A DNA stretch of 64,000 bases from Sulfuritalea sp. (GTDB taxonomy: Bacteria > Pseudomonadota > Gammaproteobacteria > Burkholderiales > Rhodocyclaceae), in the NCBI GenBank assembly GCA_030651305.1, contig JAUSCI010000073.1, positions 5,155-69,154 on the forward strand. The letters are read 5' to 3'. Shown piece by piece: positions 54,344 through 63,604 of the stretch. Both the position numbers and the translations under genes were made by a program. The notes beneath the pieces are model-generated. The model was not told where the DNA came from. It was given only the letters and a program-made list of their open reading frames with translations, and made no database searches. The number at the start of each line of letters is the position of its first letter. The first letter of the stretch is position 1.

Positions 54344-55975
54344 ATGCAGCGCGAAGCCATGGAATTCGACGTCGTGATCGTGGGCGGTGGCCCGGCCGGA
54401 CTTTCGGCCGCGATCCGCCTCAAACAGGTCAATGCCGATATCAACGTCTGCCTGATCGAAAAGGGCTCCGAAATCGGCGCCCACATCCTCTCCGGCGCAG
54501 TCATGGATCCACGCGCGCTGACCGAGTTGATCCCCGACTGGCAGGCGCTGGGCGCGCCGGTGGACACACCGGTCACCCGCGACCGTTTCGCCTTCCTGAC
54601 GCAACACGGCTTTGTCGATCTGCCCACCATCCTTCTGCCGAACTGCTTCCAGAATCACGGCAACTACGTCATCAGCCTGGGTCAGCTTTGCCGCTGGCTG
54701 GGCGCGCAGGCCGAGGCGCTGGGCGTCGAAATCTATCCCGGCTTCGCCGGCGCCGAGGTGCTCTACGACGACAAGGGCGCGGTGCGCGGCGTCGCCACCG
54801 GCGACATGGGCGTCGGTCACGATGGCAAGCCCACCGCGAGCTATGCGCCGGGCATGGAACTGCTGGCCAAATACACGCTGTTTGCCGAAGGCTGTCGCGG
54901 CCACCTCGGCAAGCAGATCGAGGAACGCTTCAATCTGCGCGCCGAATCCGATCCCCAAACCTACGCCATCGGCATCAAGGAGCTGTGGGAGGTCGATCCC
55001 GAGCAGCACGAGAAGGGCCTGGTGATGCACACCTTCGGCTGGCCGATGAAATCCGACACCTACGGCGGCGGCTTCATCTACCACTTCGGCGAAAACCTGG
55101 TGTCGATCGGCCTCGTCGTCGGCCTCGGCTACAAAAATCCCTTCCTCGCGCCCTTCGAGGAAATGCAGCGCATGAAAACCCATCCGCAGGTGGCACCCCT
55201 GTTCAAAGGCGGCAAGCGCCTCGCCTACGGCGCTCGCGCGCTGGCGGCGGGAGGGCTGCAGTCCCTGCCAAAGCTGGATTTTCCCGGCGGCGCGCTGCTC
55301 GGCGACGACGCCGGCCTGCTGGTTGCTTCGCGCATCAAGGGCACCCACGCCGCTATCAAGAGCGGCATGCTGGCCGCCGAAGCAGCGGCTACGGCGCTGG
55401 CCGCCGGCCGCGCCAGCGACGCGCTGACGGACTATCCCGAAACCCTGCGCGACTCGTGGCTGTACCAAGAACTGCACACCGCGCGCAACTTCAAGCCGTG
55501 GATGGCAAAAGGCTTGTGGACCGGCTCGGTCATGTTCGGCATCGATCAGGTGCTGCTGCGCGGCAAGGCACCGTGGACGCTGCACAACACCGCGGATCAC
55601 CTGAAGCTCAGGCCGGCCGCCGAATGCAAGCCGATCGATTACCCGAAGCCCGACGGCGTGCTGACCTTCGACCGGCTTTCTTCCGTCTTCCTCTCGAATA
55701 CCAATCACGAGGAAGACCAGCCCTGCCATCTGCAACTGAAAAACGCCAACGTGCCGATTCTCACCAACCTGGCGCTCTACGACGCCCCCGAGCAGCGCTA
55801 CTGCCCGGCTGGCGTGTACGAAATCCTGCGTGATGATGACGGCAGCAATCCGCGCCTGCAGATCAACGCGCAGAATTGCGTGCACTGCAAGACCTGCGAC
55901 ATCAAGGATCCGACGCAGAATATCAACTGGGTGGTGCCGCAAGGCGGCGAGGGACCGATCTACCAGCAGATGTAG
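54344..55975 (+). CDS. Electron transfer flavoprotein-ubiquinone oxidoreductase
   Basis: DVVIVGGGPAGLSAA FAD site; C-terminal 4Fe-4S motif CPAGVYE...NCVHCKTCDIKDP. Start at ATG 54344. Confidence 0.95.
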   Translation: MQREAMEFDVVIVGGGPAGLSAAIRLKQVNADINVCLIEKGSEIGAHILSGAVMDPRALTELIPDWQALGAPVDTPVTRDRFAFLTQHGFVDLPTILLPNCFQNHGNYVISLGQLCRWLGAQAEALGVEIYPGFAGAEVLYDDKGAVRGVATGDMGVGHDGKPTASYAPGMELLAKYTLFAEGCRGHLGKQIEERFNLRAESDPQTYAIGIKELWEVDPEQHEKGLVMHTFGWPMKSDTYGGGFIYHFGENLVSIGLVVGLGYKNPFLAPFEEMQRMKTHPQVAPLFKGGKRLAYGARALAAGGLQSLPKLDFPGGALLGDDAGLLVASRIKGTHAAIKSGMLAAEAAATALAAGRASDALTDYPETLRDSWLYQELHTARNFKPWMAKGLWTGSVMFGIDQVLLRGKAPWTLHNTADHLKLRPAAECKPIDYPKPDGVLTFDRLSSVFLSNTNHEEDQPCHLQLKNANVPILTNLALYDAPEQRYCPAGVYEILRDDDGSNPRLQINAQNCVHCKTCDIKDPTQNINWVVPQGGEGPIYQQM

Positions 55976-56023
55976 GCGATGCGGCCCACGCCCGAAGCAG
56001 GACCGGCGAGCAGCTAACCGTCC

Positions 56024-57271
56024 CTAAAAGCGCAAGCCTGCGGGCGGCAGAATTTCCTCGCGCTCGTCCGGCATATCTTCAAAGACGGACGGCATTGGCG
56101 GCGCGGCTTGTACTGACTCAGGAGTCGGCGCTGGCGATACGGCGGCAAGCGGAATTACGGCTGCCGATTCCTTTCGACGCGATATCCAGCTCAGCGTCCA
56201 GGCGCCGGCAAGGCCGCCCAGCAAAATCGCCAGCAGCAACTGAATCGTGCCGCTGCGCTCCACCGCTTCGCGTTCGGCCTTGAGATCGGCTTCGAGTTTC
56301 GCGGTACGCACTCTTTCCGCAGCGACCTGACGCTTCAATTCGGCCAGTTCCGCCTCGACCGCCTTGACGCGCTCGGTCATGGCGATCTGCACCAAGACCT
56401 GCTGGTTCATGACCTCGACCAATCGATCGATGGACTCATTCAGTTCAGCGGTGCTCGGCCCGGGCGCTGCCGACAAACCCGCGCTACCAACGATCAGCCG
56501 GCCACGCCCGGCGCCAGTTGCCTTCCCTGGCTTGCCCACAGCCAGAGGCGCCGCGGGCGCACTTCGCGTTGCGCCCGATCCCGGCGCCCGTGCTGCGACC
56601 GATCCGGCACGCGGGAGCACCGGCAGGCCCGGAGGCATCAGCAGTCTGGTGCCCGCAGCCAGGCGCTGATCGAACGCAGCCTCTTCGCTGGCGAACAACT
56701 CCGGATTGGCCGCCGCCAGTTGCCGGATGAAACGCACCCGGGCTCTGGAATCTCCCGGGTAGCGCTGACGCGAAAGCATGCGCAGGGAGGTGCTTGATGC
56801 CAGGACAATACCCGGTTGCCCGGACGTCGACGGCAATCCCGCCGACGGCATTCCTTTGGGCAAGACGGGTGGCGTATCGACTTCCTCGCGCAGGGCTGTG
56901 TCCACCCTGGGAAGGCTTACCGCGACAGGAGTTTCCGGCGGTTCGGAAAGCACGACATAGCTGCGCTCAAAGCTGCTGCCGCAGCCGACGCGAACACGAA
57001 ACTGGAGGACCGGCTGGGTCAGCCCCAGAGACGTGGATAGATGCATGCGGTCGCCCTCGACCCTGATGCTGATCCTGTCGCGACCATCGTCATCGCTCCC
57101 GGGCAACACAGCGGCGCAACCCGTTTGCACGGCATTGTCGAGATCGCCCAGGATCGGAATGGCGATATTCAAACGCTGCCCGATTACCGCTCGCCCCTCG
57201 ACCTCGCCCAAACCCAGCGCGAAGACCGAACTCGCGCAGGAAAAAGCCGCCAGCGCTGCAAGCCAATACAT
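56024..57271 (-). CDS. FimV-like secreted/membrane protein (FimV N-terminus, degenerate LysM-like segment, coiled coil, one TM helix)
   Basis: Signal peptide then ALGLGEV...IGQRLNIAIPI; RQLAAANPELF...RLAAGTRLLMP; TM LLLAILLGGLAGAW; no TPR tail. Start ATG 57271 (alternative 57322). Confidence 0.55.
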   Translation of the reverse strand: MYWLAALAAFSCASSVFALGLGEVEGRAVIGQRLNIAIPILGDLDNAVQTGCAAVLPGSDDDGRDRISIRVEGDRMHLSTSLGLTQPVLQFRVRVGCGSSFERSYVVLSEPPETPVAVSLPRVDTALREEVDTPPVLPKGMPSAGLPSTSGQPGIVLASSTSLRMLSRQRYPGDSRARVRFIRQLAAANPELFASEEAAFDQRLAAGTRLLMPPGLPVLPRAGSVAARAPGSGATRSAPAAPLAVGKPGKATGAGRGRLIVGSAGLSAAPGPSTAELNESIDRLVEVMNQQVLVQIAMTERVKAVEAELAELKRQVAAERVRTAKLEADLKAEREAVERSGTIQLLLAILLGGLAGAWTLSWISRRKESAAVIPLAAVSPAPTPESVQAAPPMPSVFEDMPDEREEILPPAGLRF

Positions 57272-57290
57272 CACGGCCGCGTCGCCGATA

Positions 57291-59081
57291 TCAAAACATC
57301 GCTTCGTCGAGCGATAGCGCACTCATGCCACCCTGCACCACTTCCTGCGCCAGTCCGGCCGCTGCGGCCATGACGTGGTCCGCGTAGAAATGCGCGGTGG
57401 CGATTTTCGCCGGGAAGAAGGGATCGGCATCGCCCGCCGCGATCTTGCCCTGCGCCACCAGTGCCGCACGCGCCATCATCCAGCCGCCGGAAACAATACC
57501 CATCAGCTTGAGGAAAGGCACGGCGCCGACCGCCACGGCGCGGACGTCGCTGCCGTAGTTGGCCACGATATGGTCGGTGGCCTGCTGCAGCGCCTCGATG
57601 CCGCGTCCGAGCGCCGCGGCAATGGCCACAAACTCTGTCCCCGCCTGCTTCGTCACCTCGGCCCGGGTCTGCTGCATCATGCCCAGTACCGCCTTGATCG
57701 TGGCGCCTCCTTCGCGGGCGATCTTGCGCCCCATCAGGTCATTCGCCTGTATCCCCGTGGTGCCTTCGTAGATCGTGGTGATGCGGGCATCGCGCATGAA
57801 TTGCGCGGCGCCGGTTTCCTCGATGAAGCCCATGCCGCCATGCACCTGCACGCCGAGGTACGCCAGGTCGTTGCCTGTCTCGGTGCTCCAGCCCTTGACC
57901 ACCGGAATCATCAGATCGACATAGGACTGATTCTGCGCACGCTCCGCGGCGTCGGGATGGCGCGCCGCAGCGTCATGCGCGGCCGCCACCGAATAGGCCA
58001 GCGCGCGCATCGCTTCAACTTGCGAACGCATCAGCATCAGCATGCGGCGGATGTCCGGATGCTGGATGATGGGCACACCGCTCGCCGAGCCTTCGATGGC
58101 GCGGCCCTGAACGCGATCACGGGCATAGGCCACTGCGTGCTGATACGCACTCTCGCCGATCGCCAGGCCTTCGAGGCCGACCGCGAAACGCGCGGCGTTC
58201 ATCATGACGAACATGTACTTGAGGCCGTGGTTCTCCTTGCCCACCAGGGTACCGATCGCGCCGCCGCTGTCGCCCAGCGCCATGACGCAGGTCGGACTGG
58301 CGTGGATGCCGAGCTTGTGTTCGATGGAGACGCAATACGCATCGTTGCGTTCCCCCAGTGAGCCATCCGGCTTGACCATGAACTTGGGCACCACGAACAG
58401 CGAAATGCCCTTGACGCCCTCCGGTGCATCCGGCGTGCGGGCGAGCACGAGATGGATGGTGTTCTCCGCCATGTCGTGATCGCCGTAGGTGATGAAAATC
58501 TTCTGGCCGAAGATGCGGTAGGTGCCGTCGCCCTGCGGCACGGCACGCGAGCGGATGGCCGCCAAATCGGAGCCGGCCTGCGGCTCGGTGATGTTCATGG
58601 TGCCGGTCCACGTGCCCGAAACCATGTTGGGCAGGTACATCGCCTTCTGCGCGTCGGTGCCGGCCAGTTCCAGCGCCTCGATGGCGCCGAGCGTCAGCAG
58701 GGGACACAGCGAGAACGCCATGTTGGACGACTTCCACATTTCCTGTACCGCCGCCGAGACCACCTTGGGCAAACCCTGTCCGCCATATTCCGGATTGCCC
58801 GAGAGGGCGTTCCAGCCGTTGTCGACAAACTGCCGGTAGGCGTCCTTGAAACCTTTGGGCACGGTCACGACTTTTTCAGCCCATTGCGCACCTTCCACAT
58901 CGCCGCTGAAGTTGAGCGGCGCCAGGACGCCCCCCGTAAATTTGGCGGACTCGCCGAGAATCGCTTCGACCACATCGGCCGACGCTTCCTCGTAACCCGG
59001 CAAGGCGGCGACCTTGTCTATGCCGGCCAGTTCGGTCAATACGAACTGCATGTCCTTCAGGGGGGCGGTATAGCTGCTCAT
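57291..59081 (-). CDS. Acyl-CoA dehydrogenase (long, about 600-aa family)
   Basis: YTAPLKDMQF, TMNITEPQAGSDL, KIFITYGDHD and ITTIYEGTTGIQANDL. Confidence 0.93.
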   Translation of the reverse strand: MSSYTAPLKDMQFVLTELAGIDKVAALPGYEEASADVVEAILGESAKFTGGVLAPLNFSGDVEGAQWAEKVVTVPKGFKDAYRQFVDNGWNALSGNPEYGGQGLPKVVSAAVQEMWKSSNMAFSLCPLLTLGAIEALELAGTDAQKAMYLPNMVSGTWTGTMNITEPQAGSDLAAIRSRAVPQGDGTYRIFGQKIFITYGDHDMAENTIHLVLARTPDAPEGVKGISLFVVPKFMVKPDGSLGERNDAYCVSIEHKLGIHASPTCVMALGDSGGAIGTLVGKENHGLKYMFVMMNAARFAVGLEGLAIGESAYQHAVAYARDRVQGRAIEGSASGVPIIQHPDIRRMLMLMRSQVEAMRALAYSVAAAHDAAARHPDAAERAQNQSYVDLMIPVVKGWSTETGNDLAYLGVQVHGGMGFIEETGAAQFMRDARITTIYEGTTGIQANDLMGRKIAREGGATIKAVLGMMQQTRAEVTKQAGTEFVAIAAALGRGIEALQQATDHIVANYGSDVRAVAVGAVPFLKLMGIVSGGWMMARAALVAQGKIAAGDADPFFPAKIATAHFYADHVMAAAAGLAQEVVQGGMSALSLDEAMF

Positions 59082-59106
59082 CGGCTTGCTCCGTGATGAT
59101 TTCCTG

Positions 59107-60039
59107 TCAAAGTGCGGCGACCAGTTCCGGCACTGCCTGGAACAGATCGGCGACCAGGCCGTAGTCGGCGACCTGGAAGATCGGCGCATCGGGATCCTTG
59201 TTGATCGCCACGATCACCTTCGAATCCTTCATACCCGCCAGATGCTGGATCGCCCCCGAAATGCCGATGGCGATATACAACTGCGGGGCGACGATCTTGC
59301 CGGTCTGGCCAACCTGGTAGTCGTTGGGCACGAAGCCGGCGTCGACCGCGGCACGGGACGCGCCCAGTGCGGCGCCCAGCTTGTCGGCCAGGGGTTCCAG
59401 CAGCGCATGATAGTTCTCGCCGCTGCCCATGCCGCGACCGCCCGAGACGATGATCTTGGCCGCTGCCAGTTCAGGCCGCGCCGACTTGGTCAGTTCGCGG
59501 CCGATCAGCTTTGCGTGCCCCAGATCAGGGCCGGCAGCGAGGGCCTCGACCGCTGCGCTGCCACCCGAATTTGCGGCAGCATCGAAACCCGTCGTGCGTA
59601 CCGTGATGACCTTGGTCGCATCGGAGGATTTCACCGTCGCCAGGCCGTTGCCGGCATAGATCGGACGGACGAAGGTATCGGCATCGACCACCGCGATGGC
59701 TTCCGAGATTTGCGCCACGTCCAGCAGGGCCGCCACGCGCGGCAGGGTATTCTTGCCGTTGCTGGTCGCCGCCGCGATGATGTGGCTGTAGCCGGACGCA
59801 TTGGCGACGATCAGCGCGGCGAGATTTTCCGCGGTCTGGTCGCCGTAGTGGGCGGCATCGACCACCTTGACCTTGGCCACACCAGCGACCTTGGCCGCCT
59901 GTTCGGCGACGGCGCCGCAGTTGGCGCCGGCGACGAGGATGTGTACTTCACCCCCGATCTTTGCCGCCGCAGTGACGGCATTGAGGGTCGCCGCCTTGAG
60001 GGCGGCATTGTCGTGTTCTGCTATGACGAGGAGGCTCAT
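59107..60039 (-). CDS. etfA: Electron transfer flavoprotein alpha subunit
   Basis: [29 protein letters not shown] and [11 protein letters not shown]. Confidence 0.96.
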   Translation of the reverse strand: MSLLVIAEHDNAALKAATLNAVTAAAKIGGEVHILVAGANCGAVAEQAAKVAGVAKVKVVDAAHYGDQTAENLAALIVANASGYSHIIAAATSNGKNTLPRVAALLDVAQISEAIAVVDADTFVRPIYAGNGLATVKSSDATKVITVRTTGFDAAANSGGSAAVEALAAGPDLGHAKLIGRELTKSARPELAAAKIIVSGGRGMGSGENYHALLEPLADKLGAALGASRAAVDAGFVPNDYQVGQTGKIVAPQLYIAIGISGAIQHLAGMKDSKVIVAINKDPDAPIFQVADYGLVADLFQAVPELVAAL

Positions 60040-60788
60040 GCGATCACCTTGGCTTCGTTCTTGAGTTTGTCGATCAGGGTTGCGACATCGGCTACCTTGA
60101 TGCCGGCACTGCGCTTGGGCGGCTCTACGACGCTGAGCGTGGCAAGACGCGGGGCAGGGTCGACACCGAGGTCGGCCGGCTTGACGATCTCCATCGGCTT
60201 CTTCTTCGCCTTCATGATGTTGGGCAGCGTGGCGTAGCGCGGTTCATTGAGGCGCAGGTCCGCGGTGATCACGGCCGGCAGGCTGACTTCGATGGTTTCG
60301 AGACCGCCATCGACCTCGCGGGTGACGGTGGCTTTGCCATCGGCAATCACCACCTTGGAGGCGAAGGTGGCTTGCGACCAGCCCAGCAGCGCGGCGAGCA
60401 TTTGCCCGGTCTGGTTGGCGTCATCATCGATGGCCTGCTTGCCGAGGATGACGATCTGCGGGGCTTCCTTCTTCACCACCGCAGCGAGCAATTTGGCCAC
60501 CGCCAGCGGTTGCAGTTCGACGTCGGATTCAACCAGGATGGAGCGATCGGCGCCGATGGCCATCGCCGTGCGCAAGGTTTCCTGGCAGGCCGTAACGCCG
60601 CAGGAGACGGCGATGACTTCCGTCGCCACGCCGGCTTCCCGCAGGCGTATGGCTTCTTCCACCGCGATTTCGTCGAAGGGATTCATCGACATCTTTACAT
60701 TCGCCAGATCGACACCACTGCCGTCTGCCTTGACGCGAATCTTGACGTTGTAGTCAACCACGCGCTTGACCGGAACGAGGATTTTCAA
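60036..60788 (-). CDS. etfB: Electron transfer flavoprotein beta subunit
   Basis: [33 protein letters not shown] and [17 protein letters not shown]; TTG start after AAGGAG. Confidence 0.96.
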   Translation of the reverse strand: MKILVPVKRVVDYNVKIRVKADGSGVDLANVKMSMNPFDEIAVEEAIRLREAGVATEVIAVSCGVTACQETLRTAMAIGADRSILVESDVELQPLAVAKLLAAVVKKEAPQIVILGKQAIDDDANQTGQMLAALLGWSQATFASKVVIADGKATVTREVDGGLETIEVSLPAVITADLRLNEPRYATLPNIMKAKKKPMEIVKPADLGVDPAPRLATLSVVEPPKRSAGIKVADVATLIDKLKNEAKVIA

Positions 60789-60853
60789 GCGACTCTCCTT
60801 AAGTTTGGCGGATCAAAAAAGAAACATTCTAGCGGCTATTCAAAACTGCGCGC

Positions 60854-60923
60854 CCATACGGATGCGTATGGTTTGTGCGATACTACCCCAGCTCCGAAAA
60901 AACTTCAATACCTTACCGTATGG
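60854..60923. promoter_or_regulatory. Two copies of a C(C/A)ATAC-N6-GTATGG operator between divergent etfB and the TetR gene
   Basis: CCATAC-GGATGC-GTATGG (60854-71) and CAATAC-CTTACC-GTATGG (60906-23). Confidence 0.65.
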
Positions 60924-60930
60924 AAACCAC

Positions 60931-61506
60931 ATGGTAAATGCAGCCGCCAAACCTCCCCGCGCCGCGCTGGATCGGGACGCCTGGATCAAGGGCGCGATCG
61001 CCATTCTTGCCGAACACGGCGCCGAGCGCCTGCGCGTGGAAGTCCTGGCCAAGCGCCTCGGCGTGACCAAGGGCAGCTTCTACTGGCACTTCAAGAATCG
61101 CCGCGACCTGCTCGACGCGGTGCTGGATTTCTGGAAGGAAGGCCGCATCCGCGACATCCGCAAACAGACCCAGGCCGAGCCGGGCGGCGAAGTCGCGGCC
61201 CTGCTCCACACCATCGAAGTTTATGGTTCGGCCCGCAACCGCAAGGGCATTTCGATCGAAGCCGCGGTACGCGACTGGGCGCGGCGCGACGCGCAGGCCG
61301 TGGCCGTTGTCGAGGAAGTCGACGCCGAACGGCTGGCCTGCTCCTGCCGCCTGTTCCTCGCCTGCGGGCTGGATGCCGAAGAAGCCCAGGCGCGCAGCGT
61401 CATGCTCTACGCTTACGTCTTCGGCGTCAGCCTGATGCACTGCGGCGGCTTCACAGCCGACTTGGCAACCCTGAAAACCTGGATCGCCCAGCGCATTGCG
61501 CGCTGA
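60931..61506 (+). CDS. TetR/AcrR-family transcriptional regulator
   Basis: HTH LRVEVLAKRLGVTKGSFYWHFKNR; start at ATG 60931. Confidence 0.93.
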   Translation: MVNAAAKPPRAALDRDAWIKGAIAILAEHGAERLRVEVLAKRLGVTKGSFYWHFKNRRDLLDAVLDFWKEGRIRDIRKQTQAEPGGEVAALLHTIEVYGSARNRKGISIEAAVRDWARRDAQAVAVVEEVDAERLACSCRLFLACGLDAEEAQARSVMLYAYVFGVSLMHCGGFTADLATLKTWIAQRIAR

Positions 61507-61594
61507 TCGGGGCCTGCCGCCCATTGCAAAAGTCCGCAAGAGTCGACGCTGGTGGTACGGCGAAGGTCCGCAGTCGACCGCAAGCGCCGATCGT

Positions 61595-61663
61595 TCAGTG
61601 TCCGGCGGAAATCAGCCAGAAAGCAAACCGGCGAGGAAGCTGGGCATCAACAAGAAACTTCAC
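61595..61663 (-). pseudogene. Truncated DUF5615 PIN-like toxin (first 22 codons only)
   Basis: GTG overlapping the DUF433 stop, reading MKFLVDAQLPRRFAFWLISAGH*; no PIN-like continuation in any frame downstream. Confidence 0.75.
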
Positions 61664-61884
61664 GCAGCCAACCGGCCGAGCCGCTTGACATGGGTGAGGC
61701 GAGCGGCGAATGACAGCGCCGCCAGGATGTCTTCCCGCTCCAGATCTTCGTAGTCGACAAGTATCTGATCGATACTCATGCCACCGGCAAGCCATTCCAG
61801 AATATTCTCAACGGGATAGCGCAAGCCCCGAATGCAAGGCTTGCCGTGGCAAATTGCCGGGTCGATGGTCACTCTGTCGTCCAT
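61660..61884 (-). CDS. DUF433 antitoxin (VapB45-like)
   Basis: TIDPAICHGKPCIRGLRYPV...ILVDYEDLEREDILAAL; GGAGG SD; 74 aa. Confidence 0.9.
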   Translation of the reverse strand: MDDRVTIDPAICHGKPCIRGLRYPVENILEWLAGGMSIDQILVDYEDLEREDILAALSFAARLTHVKRLGRLAA

Positions 61885-62106
61885 GTCCAATCCTCCAGTC
61901 GATGAGCCCATTCTACACAGCAGAGTTGGCGCCGGCGACACGGCGACAGGCCATGCAGGCAGGCGACTACACCCCGGAAGCCGCCTGATGACCTGCGGGG
62001 TGGGTATACTTGCCAGCGATGCAACGTGGCAAGCAAACCCTCCGGCTCATGCAAAGTTTCCGCCGGCCGCGAGCTGCGTTGGCGAATCCACAATTGAAGG
62101 ATAACG

Positions 62107-62802
62107 ATGGCCGACTCATCCCTTCGCGGAAACATCAAGCTCATAAATAGTTCAGCGCACATCTGCGTTTCCCGCCATGGCGAAACGGATTGGAACATTT
62201 CAGGGATTCTGCAAGGCTGGACCGATGTCCTGCTCAACGACCTGGGCCGCCGGCAGGCGTATGAACTCGCCGAGGCCGTTTCCTGTTGCCGTATCTCCAG
62301 CGTCTACTCAAGCCCCTTGCGGCGCTCGCTGGAAACGGCGGAGATCATCGCCCGCGAGTTGGGGCTTGATCCGCCGACATGCCATGAAGGCTTGAAGGAA
62401 AGGAATTTCGGAGTCATTCAGGGCATTCCGAAAGCCGAGATGAATCCAGAGTTCCTGGAGCAAATCGTGAAGCGGAATCCGGCGTGTTATTTCGATCACG
62501 GCGAGACCATGGAAGGATTTGCGAGCCGGGTACTCGATGCGATCGCGAGCATTGCCAAAAACCATCCTGGCGAGCGCGTGCTGGTGATTACGCATGGCTG
62601 GGTCATGGATGTCATCACCCGGCACATCCTGGGCCTGCCGCCCAGCGCAATCCTGAACATGAAGCGCAAGAACGGCGAATGCCTGTCGCTGAGCGCAACA
62701 GAAGATTCCATCCGCCTCCTGTCGGAGGACGGAGACCTGCCCGGCTTCGGTACGTGCAGTTGCTCGGAAAAGCAGCAACGAATCCTGTGCCGCTCGGCAT
62801 AG
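62107..62802 (+). CDS. Histidine phosphatase family protein
   Basis: RHGETDWN catalytic motif, SSPLRRS, LKERNFG and VITHG. Confidence 0.9.
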   Translation: MADSSLRGNIKLINSSAHICVSRHGETDWNISGILQGWTDVLLNDLGRRQAYELAEAVSCCRISSVYSSPLRRSLETAEIIARELGLDPPTCHEGLKERNFGVIQGIPKAEMNPEFLEQIVKRNPACYFDHGETMEGFASRVLDAIASIAKNHPGERVLVITHGWVMDVITRHILGLPPSAILNMKRKNGECLSLSATEDSIRLLSEDGDLPGFGTCSCSEKQQRILCRSA

Positions 62803-62859
62803 GGATTTTTTTGCGGATTTTCAGTCGGCACAGGTGGCGCCAGTGGCCGCTTTTCGTGG

Positions 62860-63156
62860 CTATCCGTGCAGTGACCTGAGCGCCAATTCCGGGGCCGTCG
62901 ATACGATCTTGAGTAATGCAGCAGCGGGTCCGGTCGGGTTGCGGCGGTGCTGTTCCCAATTCTGGAGCGTCTTGATGCTCACCCGCATCAGCTTGGCAAA
63001 ATCACTTTGCGACAGCCCGATTTGTTCCCGAACGGCTTTTACGTCCGGCGACATTATCTCGAAGCGGCGGGAAGCCTTGGCCTTGCCTTTGGAAATATCC
63101 CTGGCTTCCTTCAGGCTTTGCACCAAATCATCAAACAGTGCTTTTTCCATACTCAT
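62860..63156 (-). CDS. Xre/HTH antitoxin (HigA-2/NadS-like)
   Basis: LFDDLVQSLKEA...VKAVREQIGLSQSDFAKLMRVSIKTLQNWEQHRRNPTGPAAALL; ATGA overlap with the toxin stop. Confidence 0.88.
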   Translation of the reverse strand: MSMEKALFDDLVQSLKEARDISKGKAKASRRFEIMSPDVKAVREQIGLSQSDFAKLMRVSIKTLQNWEQHRRNPTGPAAALLKIVSTAPELALRSLHG

Positions 63157-63568
63157 AGCTCCTTAACGAATTCGCGCAGAATGGCTGTTTCCTTGTCGGT
63201 CAGATCATCCTTTTTCGACTTTGGATACGCCACCAGCATGTAATTCGGTTTCCAGATCATTCGTGACGCGAAGACGAGCCGCAGACAGTGCGAATAGCAC
63301 GGCAAGGTGAAGTCGACAAAGTCATGGATGGTCTGGAAGCAGAATAAATCAGGTGATTGTCCTTGACCCAGTAGTAAATCACCCGAATCCCGCCACTCTT
63401 GCCGCGTCCCTGCAAGCCATAGCGTAGCTTGCGAATACCGCCACCACCCTTGATGAGATCACCGCGCTCCGGATCTTCGACTATTTCGTTTTGAAGTTCC
63501 CTGAATTCATCGTCGGACAGCAACGATGTAATCAGGCGAGTGAAGGTTGGCGTTTCAATGAATTCCAT
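63153..63568 (-). pseudogene. RelE/HigB-2-type toxin gene split by a MITE
   Basis: The 5' part MEFIETPTF...GGIRKLRY...GKSGGIRVIYYWVKDNHLI and the 3' part YMLVAYPKSKKDDLTDKETAILREFVKEL* join in frame (103 aa) after removing 104 bp. Confidence 0.88.
63244..63344. mobile_element. 101-bp MITE with 24-bp imperfect terminal inverted repeats and TAA target duplication
   Basis: Left TTCGGTTTCCAGATCATTCGTGAC versus reverse-complemented right TTCTGCTTCCAGACCATCCATGAC (19/24); TAA at 63241-43 and 63345-47; no ORF inside. Confidence 0.85.
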
Positions 63569-63575
63569 AGGCGCA

Positions 63576-63604
63576 AGAATATACGCCAATGGCGGATAGC
63601 GCAA
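63576..63604 (-). promoter_or_regulatory. Promoter for a probably leaderless toxin mRNA, with operator dyad
   Basis: TTGCGC-17 bp-TATTCT, 7 nt before the ATG, with no SD; the dyad TAT-A-CGCCA-A-TGGCG-G-ATA (63580-98) fills the spacer. Confidence 0.55.

Noticed and set aside
61921-62106. Structured leader before the histidine phosphatase (CACCCCG/CGGGGTG and CTTGCCA/TGGCAAG hairpins, CTGATGA, GCAAACCCTCCGG) as a c-di-GMP-I, fluoride or cobalamin riboswitch or a hammerhead
   Set aside because: Each model lacks essential parts (no GAAA tetraloop or P3 partner, no GGCGATGG 5' stem, no GGGAA/B12 box, no GAAA core). It may instead be a gene remnant ending ...AGDYTPEAA*. An Infernal/Rfam scan would settle it.
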